A DNA stretch of 64,000 nucleotides from Alphaproteobacteria bacterium MarineAlpha12_Bin1 (GTDB taxonomy: Bacteria; Pseudomonadota; Alphaproteobacteria; UBA6615), in the NCBI GenBank assembly GCA_002937505.1, contig PTJY01000001.1:472986-536985 (forward strand), given 5' to 3'. A program made the position numbers and the translations under genes. The stretch's first letter is position 1. Every line of letters begins with the position of its first letter. The notes below the pieces were generated by a model. The model made no database searches. It saw nothing but the letters and a program-made list of their open reading frames with translations, and was not told the DNA's origin. Positions 1 through 9,659 of the stretch are shown piece after piece.

Positions 1-201
1 GTTTTTGGCCTCTTGGGGTTCTCTTTTGGTCCTTGGCTTCCTTTACTTGCTATAATGATTGCCGCTGGGTACTTTGGAACGTTACTCGGAAGCCGCCTAA
101 CTGAATTGGCCTCGGAGAGTTTGTTTCGTAAAATTCTTAAAATAATTTTAACAATTCTAGCGATCAACCTATTGCTTAGTGGCAGTGGTGTTTATAGCTA
201 A
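1..201 (+). CDS. C-terminal part of a TauE/SafE-like (sulfite exporter family) membrane protein, truncated by the window edge
   Basis: Frame open from base 1; hydrophobic helices ending GTLLGSRL..SESLFRKILKIILTILA, typical of TauE C-termini. Confidence 0.65.
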   Translation, partial: VFGLLGFSFGPWLPLLAIMIAAGYFGTLLGSRLTELASESLFRKILKIILTILAINLLLSGSGVYS

Positions 202-1154
202 ATCCTATCCAAACCCTTCAAATGTTTGTTAATTCTGTCCGAAATATAGGAGATGGCAGCCTTTCCTTCATCGAGATAGGGTGCAAGAGATACAAAGCCA
301 TGTATCATTCCTGGCCAGTCCATATGCTCCACCGAAACACCAGAAGATATCAAAGATTTCGCAAACACAACGCCTTCATCATGAAGAACATCGTATTCAG
401 CAGTAATAATTGCGGTGTGAGGTAAACTTGCCAACCTAGTAGCTTTTATAGGCGATGCCCTCCAATCGTTTTCATCTTCGCTACTCCGCAGATAATGATT
501 CTGAAACCAGAGCATCCCTTCCTTGGTCAAAAGCCCATAACCATCAGCAAATTTTTCATAAGATCCGCTCTCACATGAATAATCAACCACAGGATAAATA
601 AGTTGTTGTGACAAAATACTGGGGCCACCATTATCCCGGGCCATTATGGACATAACAGCGGCAATATTGGCTCCAGCACTGTCACCACCTACAATAAATT
701 TACTTTTATCTGCCCCGAGTTTTTCGCAATTTTCAAATAACCATTCGGTAGCTGCATACGAATCATAAATAGCCGCAGGAAATTTATATTCTGGCGCTAA
801 CCTATAATCTACTGATGCCATTATACATTTTGCTCCTGCACAAAACGCCCGAACAACCTCGTCGTGACTGTCCAGGCTCCCAATCACATGACCCCCGCCA
901 TGAAAATAGACCCAAATAGGTAATGCTTTAGCATCGGCCTCAAGTGGCCGATAGAGCCTTATGCGGATATTGGAATCTGGGCCGGGGATTTCAAACTCTT
1001 CTATCGATAAAACTTGTGTTCGCTCTTTATCCCTTACTTTTGCCATTTCATCCATTTGCTTACGAGCATCAGCGGGGGACATGGTGAACGTAGGCTGAAT
1101 TTTTGCTTCTTTCATTTTTTCGATCAAAGTAACCACTTGAGGATTTAAGGTCAT
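198..1154 (-). CDS. HSL-family alpha/beta hydrolase (esterase/lipase)
   Basis: HGGG oxyanion motif, GDSAG nucleophile, D(VLHDE) and HGF catalytic motifs. Confidence 0.92.
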   Translation of the reverse strand: MTLNPQVVTLIEKMKEAKIQPTFTMSPADARKQMDEMAKVRDKERTQVLSIEEFEIPGPDSNIRIRLYRPLEADAKALPIWVYFHGGGHVIGSLDSHDEVVRAFCAGAKCIMASVDYRLAPEYKFPAAIYDSYAATEWLFENCEKLGADKSKFIVGGDSAGANIAAVMSIMARDNGGPSILSQQLIYPVVDYSCESGSYEKFADGYGLLTKEGMLWFQNHYLRSSEDENDWRASPIKATRLASLPHTAIITAEYDVLHDEGVVFAKSLISSGVSVEHMDWPGMIHGFVSLAPYLDEGKAAISYISDRINKHLKGLDRI

Positions 1155-1248
1155 TATTCCATTTCCTACGAGTAAAATGATAAGTAAAAACTGTTTACAA
1201 TTATATACACTAAACCAACTCTACATAACTTGGGAAAGGAAATCCCCC

Positions 1249-1659
1249 GTGCACGAAATAAACTCCCCCCAAATCTTAGCTGAAGTATCAGCTGCTCACG
1301 AACGATATGAACAAGCGCTCTCAGAAAACAACATAGACGTTTTAGATGAATTGTTCTGGGAAAATTCTTTGACCCTACGATATGGAATTGGGGAAAATCT
1401 TTACGGTCATGATCAAATAAGTATCTTTCGTAGAAAACGAGAAACTAGTAACCTCGATCGAGAGATACTAAAATTAACAATCACCACATTCGGAAAAGAT
1501 TTTGCTACAACAAATCTTGAATTTAAACGATTAAAAAGCGATCAAATTGGTCGTCAAAGTCAAACCTGGTTACGCACCGAGAAGGGATGGAAGATAGTAT
1601 CGGCACACGTAAGTCTTATGAGGGAAGAAAAAATAAAGTCAAATTTAGAAAAAATATAG
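1249..1659 (+). CDS. hpxZ: AtzH-like / HpxZ oxalurate catabolism protein (DUF3225)
   Basis: YEQAL..N.ID.LDELFW, RYG.GENLYG, GRQSQTW, W.IVSAHVS; likely GTG start at 1249 after GGAAAGGA. Confidence 0.85.
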   Translation: MHEINSPQILAEVSAAHERYEQALSENNIDVLDELFWENSLTLRYGIGENLYGHDQISIFRRKRETSNLDREILKLTITTFGKDFATTNLEFKRLKSDQIGRQSQTWLRTEKGWKIVSAHVSLMREEKIKSNLEKI

Positions 1660-1670
1660 TTTTAAAAAAC

Positions 1671-1747
1671 TGGCGCGCCCGGGAAGACTTGAACTCCCAA
1701 CCTTCTGATTCGAAGTCAGACGCTCTATCCAATTGAGCTACGGGCGC
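1671..1747 (-). tRNA. tRNA-Arg, anticodon UCG
   Basis: Reverse complement GCGCCCGTAGCTCAATTGGATAGAGCGTCTGA-CT-TCG-AA-TCAGAAGGTTGGGAGTTCAAGTCTTCCCGGGCGCGCCA; full cloverleaf, encoded CCA. Confidence 0.95.
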
Positions 1748-1768
1748 TAATTTACAGTTAACTTTTTT

Positions 1769-1845
1769 TGGCGCGCCCGGGAAGATTCGAACTCCCAACC
1801 TCCTGATTCGTAGTCAGACGCTCTATCCAATTGAGCTACGGGCGC
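1769..1845 (-). tRNA. tRNA-Arg, anticodon ACG (ICG after editing)
   Basis: Reverse complement GCGCCCGTAGCTCAATTGGATAGAGCGTCTGA-CT-ACG-AA-TCAGGAGGTTGGGAGTTCGAATCTTCCCGGGCGCGCCA. Confidence 0.97.
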
Positions 1846-2071
1846 AAAAAAACATTCATCCTTTTAAAAAAATTCGAAAATTGTTGATTGAGATACTAAT
1901 CCGAGAAGTTAATCAAAAGCCCCGTTGATAGCAAGCAGACGCCTTAATGATTAGAAAATAATTTATACATATTAAACAACAAAAAATGAAGCATTGAAGT
2001 GGGTTGTCCACTCAAGTACAGATAGTTAACATCTTATAAGCTCAGTCATCGACCACTAAATGAAATAATTT

Positions 2072-2551
2072 ATGAATATAGAAAAAGAAACCCAACACGA
2101 CTTTCCAGTTTCCTGGGAACAACTTCACCGTGACGCTAAAGCCCTGGCCTGGCGCCTGTCTGAAAAAGGACCCTGGGAAAAAATTGTTGCCATAACCCGA
2201 GGAGGCTTAGTGCCTGCTGCAATAGTTGCAAGAGAGCTAGAAATGAGGTTGGTAGATACGTGTTGCGTGACCTCTTATGATCATAAAGAACAAGGGAATA
2301 TAGAAATACTGAAAGAAGTTGCGGGTGACGGTGCCGAAACTCTTATAATCGATGACCTTGTAGATACTGGTAAGACAGCAAAAATTGTAAGGGAAATGCT
2401 ACCCAAAGCCCATTTTGCTACAGTATACGCAAAACCGGCGGGACGCCCGTTGGTTGATACGTTTATAACTGAGGTAAGCCAAAACACCTGGATTCATTTT
2501 CCGTGGGATCTTAGCTTGCAATTCGCCAGACCCATAGCGGCAGATGACTGA
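2072..2551 (+). CDS. gpt: Xanthine-guanine phosphoribosyltransferase
   Basis: [33 protein letters not shown] motif, TWIHFPWD. Confidence 0.95.
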   Translation: MNIEKETQHDFPVSWEQLHRDAKALAWRLSEKGPWEKIVAITRGGLVPAAIVARELEMRLVDTCCVTSYDHKEQGNIEILKEVAGDGAETLIIDDLVDTGKTAKIVREMLPKAHFATVYAKPAGRPLVDTFITEVSQNTWIHFPWDLSLQFARPIAADD

Positions 2552-3325
2552 TTATGACGTTACCCTAATCTTAACCTTTTTGTATTTTCTGTATAAAGTC
2601 GGGAGAAGTAATAATACAGAACAGCCAATTAGAGGGAATATTATTCTCGGCTCATAGATAATTGTATGGTTTATTGAATTGTTAGTCTCTAATGAATTGG
2701 CTAAACCTTCACCTAGAGTTGTATAAATGAATGCTCCCGGAATTATGCCAATTAAGGTAGCGCTGACATACACTTTTATCGGAACATCAAAAAATGCCGG
2801 AGCAAGATTAACTAGCCAGAATGGAAAGATAGGAATCAAACGCATTATTAATAGATATTTAAAGGAATCATGCCCTAATCGAGATTCTACCCTACTAAGA
2901 GCTGATTGAATCCTTGTCATAATTCCTAATTCAAATAAGTCCTTTAGTATCATTCTCGCTATAAGAAAAACACCTGTCGCGCCCAATACCCCCCCAAATA
3001 CTGATATTAAGCCTCCAGTAAACCAGCCAAAAATAAACCCACAGGCAACAGACATAAAAACACTGACCGGCAATGAAAGAGCACAAATTAAAGCGTAAAA
3101 AAAGCAACAAAGAATAACCGCTAAGAACCTATGTTTATCAACAAATAAACCTACTAGTTCTCGCTTCAACTTGAGTTCATTTATAAAGTCATACTCATTA
3201 AACCCACCTATAAAAAAAACGGCCAGCGAAATTATAATAATCCCCGCAAATAATGAGTTTAAAGCTAAATGGTAAGAAATATTAAATTGGCTTCTAGTCC
3301 GCTCTTTTTTTATTTTATCATTCAT
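2552..3325 (-). CDS. TVP38/TMEM64 (VTT/DedA-domain) membrane protein
   Basis: RLIPIFPFWLVN, TLIGIIPG motifs; multiple TM helices. Confidence 0.9.
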   Translation of the reverse strand: MNDKIKKERTRSQFNISYHLALNSLFAGIIIISLAVFFIGGFNEYDFINELKLKRELVGLFVDKHRFLAVILCCFFYALICALSLPVSVFMSVACGFIFGWFTGGLISVFGGVLGATGVFLIARMILKDLFELGIMTRIQSALSRVESRLGHDSFKYLLIMRLIPIFPFWLVNLAPAFFDVPIKVYVSATLIGIIPGAFIYTTLGEGLANSLETNNSINHTIIYEPRIIFPLIGCSVLLLLPTLYRKYKKVKIRVTS

Positions 3326-3443
3326 ATAAAATTGTTTCTTGTGTTATTACTTATATTTTTTTAGATAATAATAGTTTACAGAATTAGAAGTCATAATTAG
3401 ATATCTAAGAAAATAATATTTTTTGAATATAATGGCCTTTACA

Positions 3444-3472
3444 TTGACTTCGACCCATCTAGTCCTTATACA
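3444..3472 (+). promoter_or_regulatory. Putative sigma70 promoter of the rpmH operon
   Basis: TTGACT-17 nt-TATACA, ending about 40 nt upstream of rpmH. Confidence 0.55.
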
Positions 3473-3511
3473 GCGCCAGTTTGCAGCTAGCGGATGAATG
3501 GAGCAACCTAA

Positions 3512-3646
3512 GTGAAACGAACTTTTCAACCTAGTAACCTTATACGGAAGCGAAGACACGGCTTCCGCTCTCGTATGAAAACAGTCGGTGGCCGTAGAGT
3601 GTTATCACAGCGGCGAGCAAAAGGTCGCAAAAAATTATCTGCATAA
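3512..3646 (+). CDS. rpmH: 50S ribosomal protein L34 (not in ORF track)
   Basis: GTG start; translates [44 protein letters not shown]; upstream of rnpA. Confidence 0.98.
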   Translation: MKRTFQPSNLIRKRRHGFRSRMKTVGGRRVLSQRRAKGRKKLSA

Positions 3647-3701
3647 TATGACCTGCTTGCAGCCTGCCTGATTCTCCAGGCTTATTTGGAGCCCAAAACA
3701 C

Positions 3702-4139
3702 ATGAGCTATCAGCCCAGGATTAACTCAGTAGAAAACAAAGAAAAAAAGCTACCGTCTATAAAAACTTTGAAAATGCGTTCAGATTTTATAAGAATTGCA
3801 TCTAAAAAACGGTATTGGTCTACCCCTGGACTTACCCTACAAGTAAGTGAAACCCCAAGAGAAACTTATGATAAATCTGTAATAAGAATTGGCTATACTG
3901 CTTCAAAAAAAGTTGGAAACGCCGTTAAGCGCAATAGAGCTAGAAGAAGATTGCGAGAGACAGTTAGAAAACTAATGCCATTTCAAGCCGAAACAGGAAA
4001 TGACTTTGTTATAATTGCTAGGTCGGAGACAGTGAGTCGACCATTCCAAGACCTACTATCAGATCTCGAGTTGTCTTTAAAAAAACTCGATGTATGGAAT
4101 GAGCCTGTAACCTTACACAACAAGAAAGATTCCCTTTAA
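3702..4139 (+). CDS. rnpA: Ribonuclease P protein component
   Basis: RIGYTASKKVGNAVKRNRARRRLR (RNR motif); synteny. Confidence 0.96.
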   Translation: MSYQPRINSVENKEKKLPSIKTLKMRSDFIRIASKKRYWSTPGLTLQVSETPRETYDKSVIRIGYTASKKVGNAVKRNRARRRLRETVRKLMPFQAETGNDFVIIARSETVSRPFQDLLSDLELSLKKLDVWNEPVTLHNKKDSL

Positions 4140-4435
4140 TGTGGTATTTAAAAGAAACAATTTCATTTTTGTTAAAGGCACTTATAATTGTTTATCAATA
4201 TATCTTTTCGCCTATATTAGGGCCTAGCTGCAGATTTTACCCAACATGTTCAGAGTATGGCTTAGAATCTATAAAGTTGCATGGACCATTTTTTGGTACA
4301 ATACTAGCTATCAGACGTATCATCAGGTGTAACCCTTGGGGTAGGCATGGCTATGATCCTGTGCTTAGCACTTGTGCCTCCGATAATTTTCAATCTGCTC
4401 CAGAACAAACACCACATAAATTACCTGAAAGCTAA
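4139..4435 (+). CDS. yidD: Membrane protein insertion efficiency factor
   Basis: CRFYPTCSEY, RCNPWG..GYDPV; TAATG overlap with rnpA. Confidence 0.95.
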   Translation: MWYLKETISFLLKALIIVYQYIFSPILGPSCRFYPTCSEYGLESIKLHGPFFGTILAIRRIIRCNPWGRHGYDPVLSTCASDNFQSAPEQTPHKLPES

Positions 4436-4443
4436 CCAAAAAT

Positions 4444-6264
4444 ATGGATCAAAAAAATCTTTTTATGGCGATAGCGGTATCTTTGGTGATTTTGCTCGGC
4501 TGGCAGTTCTTTGTTGAGGGACCGCGTCGTGAGGCTCAGCTAATAGAAGAAAAAAAGAAAGAAGAATTAGCTGAATTACAAAGAGGTAAAAATAAATCGC
4601 ATTCCTCTTTACCAGCAATATCAAGTGAGAACCTGCTGATAGACGCAGAGAAACCCCGCAATGAAATTGTCAAAGAGACTCGTCGTATAAAATTAAAGTC
4701 GGAAAGCCTTACCGGCTCAATTAATCTTGAAAATGGACGTATAGACGATATCACTATGTTGAATTATAGAGAGAGCATAGATCCATCGAGTGATAACATA
4801 GTGCTATTGTCCCCAAAGGGTTCATCTAATCCTTATTTTGCAGAGTTCGGCTGGGCAAGTAGAGAAGGAACCTTTGGAGCGAGCGGAGCGAACTGGAAAT
4901 CTTCAAAAGGTACTCTAACCCCTGAATCACCAATTGTTCTAACATCTAAAACCAAAGAAGGCCTCAGCCTTAAAAGAACTTACTCAATCGACGATAAGTT
5001 TATGATCACTGTTGAAGATAGAATTGAAAATAATGGCAGTAATGCAATAAACCTATCCGCCTTTGCCAGACTAAGTAGAGTAAACACCCCAGACACGCTA
5101 GGTTTTTTTATTCTTCACGAAGGCCCAATAGGAGTAATAGACGGCACATTAAAAGAAATTGATTATGATGATCTTGAGGATGATTTTGATGAAAACAATG
5201 GCCGTCCAAAGCCCACCACATTTCCAACGACAGGAGGTTGGCTCGGTATAACTGACAAGTATTGGTTAACAGCTCTGATTCCTAATCAATCAAAAGCTGT
5301 AAACACTAGTTTTTCCTACCAAAAAACTGCAAAGGGAGCCGATTCTTATCAAACAGATATAATTGAACAGCAGGTTCATGTATTAAACCCAGGAGATTAC
5401 GCGGAAGCTACTAATCGTCTATTCGCTGGAGCAAAGGTTTTCGAAACTCTAAGCAAGTATAGAGATGAACAAAATGTTCCCAGGTTTGAAATGGCTATAG
5501 ATTTCGGTTGGTTCTTCTTTATTACAAAACCGTTACTTCAGGTTCTAATTGTAATTGCTGAGCACCTGGCAAACATTGGTATTAATGCTAATTTTGGAGT
5601 TGCAATCTTATTGGTCACTGTCATCATAAAAATCTTATTTTTCCCACTTGCAAATAAGTCATATAAATCCATGAGTAAGATGAAAGGGCTTCAACCCAAG
5701 ATGACCGAGTTACGGGAAAAATTTGGTGATGACAAGAGGAAGATGCAACAAGAATTGATGGCAATGTATAAAAGGGAAAAAGTAAACCCTGTATCTGGAT
5801 GCCTACCTATGGTTTTGCAAATACCCGTGTTTTTTGCACTCTACAAGGTTTTATTTACGTCTATTGAAATGAGACAATCCCCTTTTTACGGTTGGGTGCA
5901 TGATTTATCCGAGCGCGATCCGACTAACATTTTTGATTTATTTGGACTAATTCCATGGGACATGCCCTCCTTTCTAGCTGTGGGAACTAGCTTTGTAGCT
6001 TTAGGTGCTTGGCCTTTGTTTATGGGGATATCTATGTATCTTCAGCAAAAATTAAACCCTGCCCCAGCGGATCCTATGCAGGCACGAATGTTTATGCTTA
6101 TGCCTATAATGTTTACATTTTTTCTGGCAAATTTCCCCGTTGGTTTGGTTATTTATTGGACCTGGAATAACCTTTTGTCTGTGTCTCAACAATATATAAT
6201 CATGCGAAGAATGGGGGTTGCAATAGGGGGCGGAACGGTTTCCGATAGTGCTAAATCTAAATAG
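4444..6264 (+). CDS. yidC: Membrane protein insertase
   Basis: GWLGITDKYW, IDFGWF, GCLPMVLQIPVFFALY, GLVIYWTWNN. Confidence 0.97.
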   Translation: MDQKNLFMAIAVSLVILLGWQFFVEGPRREAQLIEEKKKEELAELQRGKNKSHSSLPAISSENLLIDAEKPRNEIVKETRRIKLKSESLTGSINLENGRIDDITMLNYRESIDPSSDNIVLLSPKGSSNPYFAEFGWASREGTFGASGANWKSSKGTLTPESPIVLTSKTKEGLSLKRTYSIDDKFMITVEDRIENNGSNAINLSAFARLSRVNTPDTLGFFILHEGPIGVIDGTLKEIDYDDLEDDFDENNGRPKPTTFPTTGGWLGITDKYWLTALIPNQSKAVNTSFSYQKTAKGADSYQTDIIEQQVHVLNPGDYAEATNRLFAGAKVFETLSKYRDEQNVPRFEMAIDFGWFFFITKPLLQVLIVIAEHLANIGINANFGVAILLVTVIIKILFFPLANKSYKSMSKMKGLQPKMTELREKFGDDKRKMQQELMAMYKREKVNPVSGCLPMVLQIPVFFALYKVLFTSIEMRQSPFYGWVHDLSERDPTNIFDLFGLIPWDMPSFLAVGTSFVALGAWPLFMGISMYLQQKLNPAPADPMQARMFMLMPIMFTFFLANFPVGLVIYWTWNNLLSVSQQYIIMRRMGVAIGGGTVSDSAKSK

Positions 6265-6306
6265 AGTGTATCTATTATAAGTAATAGCAGAATCGAGACT
6301 AGATTA

Positions 6307-6957
6307 TTGGTAGAAGATATTAAAAACGTTGACAGGACAGAGTTAGGGCGCAAGCTATTCACACAGCCCTGTGCATTCTTGCGAGGCGTGGGAAAACTGG
6401 AAGATCTATCCTCTCCAGAACTTCCGGAGGTGGCATTTATTGGTCGGTCTAATTGCGGTAAATCAAGTCTATTAAATGCGCTAACTGGAAGAAAGTCACT
6501 TGCTAGAACTAGTAAAACCCCAGGCAGAACTAAACAACTAAACTTCTTTGATTTAGGGCAAAAAGTATGGTTAGTCGATATGCCAGGTTATGGCTATGCT
6601 AAGGCTTCAAAAAAAGAAATTATGGAATGGAATAAAACTGTTCAGGATTATTTAAAGGGCAGACCAACCCTTCTAAAGCTCTGCCTTTTAATTGATTCTA
6701 GACGCGGCATAAAACCTAATGATATTGAAATTATGAAATTACTAGATAAAGCTGCAGTCAGCTATCGTATAGTACTCACTAAAGTAGATAAAATCGGTAA
6801 TTTAGAGTTAGAAGATCTTATAAATTCGTGTTTTAAAATTTTAAAGCTTCACCCTGCGGCTTTCCCTGAACCAATCCCAACGAGCTCCTTAAATGGTGAA
6901 GGGATTCCACAACTGCGCGCAGAAATTGCTATTATGATACAAGAGGAAACGAAATAA
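6307..6957 (+). CDS. engB: Ribosome biogenesis GTP-binding protein YihA/YsxC
   Basis: GRSNCGKSS, SKTPGRT, DMPGYGYA, TKVDK. Confidence 0.95.
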   Translation: MVEDIKNVDRTELGRKLFTQPCAFLRGVGKLEDLSSPELPEVAFIGRSNCGKSSLLNALTGRKSLARTSKTPGRTKQLNFFDLGQKVWLVDMPGYGYAKASKKEIMEWNKTVQDYLKGRPTLLKLCLLIDSRRGIKPNDIEIMKLLDKAAVSYRIVLTKVDKIGNLELEDLINSCFKILKLHPAAFPEPIPTSSLNGEGIPQLRAEIAIMIQEETK

Positions 6958-7003
6958 ATTACTATTAGTAAAAATACATTTAAAAAAAGAGAACTAAAAT
7001 AAA

Positions 7004-7915
7004 ATGACCAAAAAAACGACGCCACCAAATAGTGATATGATAAACACGGCTAGTGTTTTATCAGAAGCTCTTCCTTTTATGAGAAGACATTCAGGAAGAA
7101 CGTTTGTAATTAAGTATGGTGGACATGCCATGGGCGACAGCAAACTAGCTGAATTATTCGCTCGTGACGTAGTTTTATTAAAGCAAGTGGGAATCAACCC
7201 CGTTGTTGTTCACGGAGGAGGGCCACAAATAGGCGCTATGCTCGAACGTCTTAAAATAAAGAGCGAGTTCATTAATGGACTAAGGGTTACAGATAGTGAA
7301 ACTGTAGAAATAGTAGAAATGGTGCTTTCAGGATCGATTAATAAGGCTATCGCTGCAGCAATTAATTCAGGAGGTGGACGGGCTGTTGGTATATCAGGCA
7401 AAGATGGTAACCTTATACGAGCAACCAAAATCAAAGGAAACCAGAATAACTCCGATTCTAACATAGAAAAAGTGCTTGATCTTGGGTTTGTGGGTGAGCC
7501 AACTAAGGTAGAACCGAGCCTACTGAATGATCTTATTCGTGCTGATCTAATTCCTGTCATAGCTCCTCTTGCATTAGGAGATGACGGAGAAACATATAAT
7601 GTAAATGCTGACACAGCTGCTGGAGCAATAGCAGAGTCACTTCAGGCCGCACGTTTATATATGTTAACCGACGTTCCTGGTGTACTGAATGAAAAAGGAA
7701 AAATTATTCCAGACATAAGCATTAACGAAGCAAAGGCCTTAATTCAGGATGGGACTATCACCGGTGGTATGATACCGAAGGTGGAAACGTGCATTCGCGC
7801 AGTACAAAATCAAGTCGAAGCCTCAGTTATATTAGATGGTCGAATTAAACACTCATTGTTATTAGAAATTTTTACGGAACATGGCACTGGAACTGCAATT
7901 TGGCACGACAAATAA
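7004..7915 (+). CDS. argB: Acetylglutamate kinase
   Basis: [30 protein letters not shown]. Confidence 0.97.
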   Translation: MTKKTTPPNSDMINTASVLSEALPFMRRHSGRTFVIKYGGHAMGDSKLAELFARDVVLLKQVGINPVVVHGGGPQIGAMLERLKIKSEFINGLRVTDSETVEIVEMVLSGSINKAIAAAINSGGGRAVGISGKDGNLIRATKIKGNQNNSDSNIEKVLDLGFVGEPTKVEPSLLNDLIRADLIPVIAPLALGDDGETYNVNADTAAGAIAESLQAARLYMLTDVPGVLNEKGKIIPDISINEAKALIQDGTITGGMIPKVETCIRAVQNQVEASVILDGRIKHSLLLEIFTEHGTGTAIWHDK

Positions 7916-8007
7916 TATTCTGAAACATTAGGCTAAGTATAAGTTGGCTAACAAGTAAACTAAGCTCCAGTCAATTATAAATAAGATGTTCTGAGGGACT
8001 AACTGTT

Positions 8008-8703
8008 ATGGACCTAAAGGCCTCACTAAAAAATAAAGATTTTTGGATTTTTGACCTTGATAACACTCTTTACCCCTCTTCAAACGGGCTAATGTCAGAT
8101 GTTTCAGACAGAATGACCAAATTTGTATCAATGGTCACTGACAAGTCTGTTGAAGAGGCCCTGATCGAACAAAAAGAATTATTCAAAAACCACGGAACGA
8201 CCCTTCGCGGTCTAATGATAAGGTACTCAATTGACCCGTGGGATTTTTTAAGGTTTGTTCATAATGTAAATTATAATCTTGTTGAAAAAAACCAAAAGCT
8301 AGGTAACGCCATAAAGGCGCTAAAAGGTAAAAAAATTATATATACTAATGCATCAGCAACTCATGCAAAAAAAGTACTAGAACGCCTTGGGTTTTTAGAG
8401 GAATTTGATTCTATTTTTGATGTATCTGATGCCTCGTGGATACCTAAACCCCACATCAGATCATATCAAACGCTCATGGAAAAAATAAAATTTAACCCCC
8501 GCTCTTCGGTAATGATTGAGGATATAGCTCCTAATTTAAGACCTGCATCAGATATCGGCATAACAACGGTTTGGATAAAACAAAAGAATCCTGAAGCACC
8601 CAGTTGGACTCTTCCTGAAGAAAAAAGTGATTACATAGATTATACAATAGATGACTTAACTGAGTGGCTTGAATCATTAGCCCCTAAACAAAAGACGTTT
8701 TGA
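8008..8703 (+). CDS. HAD-family pyrimidine 5'-nucleotidase
   Basis: FDLDNTLY, HGTTLRGL, TNA, PKP, IED motifs; usual neighbour of argB/dapD. Confidence 0.88.
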   Translation: MDLKASLKNKDFWIFDLDNTLYPSSNGLMSDVSDRMTKFVSMVTDKSVEEALIEQKELFKNHGTTLRGLMIRYSIDPWDFLRFVHNVNYNLVEKNQKLGNAIKALKGKKIIYTNASATHAKKVLERLGFLEEFDSIFDVSDASWIPKPHIRSYQTLMEKIKFNPRSSVMIEDIAPNLRPASDIGITTVWIKQKNPEAPSWTLPEEKSDYIDYTIDDLTEWLESLAPKQKTF

Positions 8704-8786
8704 CCGTTGACAGAGTGACATTTTGACCGCCATCTTCGTAAGAAAAATTAAATATAGTAAATTTAGTAAGCTTAAAGAGGAGTATT

Positions 8787-9632
8787 ATGACCGAGGAAAC
8801 CCTTCAGAAGATAATTGAGACCACTTGGGAAAACCGCGACGAAATAGGAATAGAAACTACTGGAGAATCTCGCGAAGCCGTTGAACAAGCCCTTAATATG
8901 CTCGACCAAGGCCTAGTGAGGGTTGCGGAAAAACTTAATGATCAGTGGGTCGTTAACCAGTGGCTAAAAAAAGCAGTCTTACTTTCTTTCCGGCTTAATG
9001 ACATGAACAAGATAGAAGGTGGCCCCGGCAAAAACACAAACTGGTGGGATAAAGTACCTTCCAAATTCGCAGAATGGAACGATTCGGAATTTCAAGAAGC
9101 AGGTTTTCGAGCAGTTCCGGGCAGTATCGTGAGACATTCGGCTTATATAGCTTCTGGCGTTGTACTTATGCCCAGCTTTGTCAATCTCGGAGCCTATGTG
9201 GATAGAGGTACAATGGTAGACACGTGGGCTACTGTTGGCAGCTGCGCTCAAATAGGTCAAAACGTTCACCTCTCTGGAGGGGCTGGTATCGGCGGTGTTC
9301 TGGAACCATTACAGGCCTCTCCTGTAATCATTGAGGATAACTGCTTCATAGGAGCGCGTTCGGAAGTAGCTGAAGGGGTAATTGTTGAAACTGGAGCTGT
9401 TTTATCAATGGGAGTTTACTTGGGTGCATCGACAAAAATTGTTGATAGGGAATCTGGAAAAATCATTACAGGCCGAGTTCCACCTTATTCAGTAGTCGTT
9501 CCAGGTACACTGACGGGAAAAAAATTAGAAGATGGTTCTGATGGACCGAATCTTTATTGTGCAGTTATTGTTAAAACAGTTGATGAGCAAACGCGTTCGA
9601 AAACTTCGATTAATGAGTTGTTACGTGATTAA
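8787..9632 (+). CDS. dapD: Tetrahydrodipicolinate N-succinyltransferase
   Basis: [42 protein letters not shown]. Confidence 0.98.
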   Translation: MTEETLQKIIETTWENRDEIGIETTGESREAVEQALNMLDQGLVRVAEKLNDQWVVNQWLKKAVLLSFRLNDMNKIEGGPGKNTNWWDKVPSKFAEWNDSEFQEAGFRAVPGSIVRHSAYIASGVVLMPSFVNLGAYVDRGTMVDTWATVGSCAQIGQNVHLSGGAGIGGVLEPLQASPVIIEDNCFIGARSEVAEGVIVETGAVLSMGVYLGASTKIVDRESGKIITGRVPPYSVVVPGTLTGKKLEDGSDGPNLYCAVIVKTVDEQTRSKTSINELLRD

Positions 9633-9659
9633 CAAATATTAAAATTTGTGATTACAATT

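Noticed and set aside
1671..1747. CGA codon reassignment by the UCG tRNA
   Set aside because: The tRNA keeps Arg identity elements, and CGA occurs at conserved Arg positions such as rpmH MKRT.
1616..1798. 60-aa minus-strand ORF
   Set aside because: It is a translation of the tRNA-Arg genes.
1660..1860. tRNA duplication as the att site of an integrated element
   Set aside because: Both copies are full length and 21 nt apart, with no cargo or integrase.
1990..2071. Purine riboswitch upstream of gpt
   Set aside because: Only one short hairpin (AGTGG/CCACT); no recognisable aptamer consensus.
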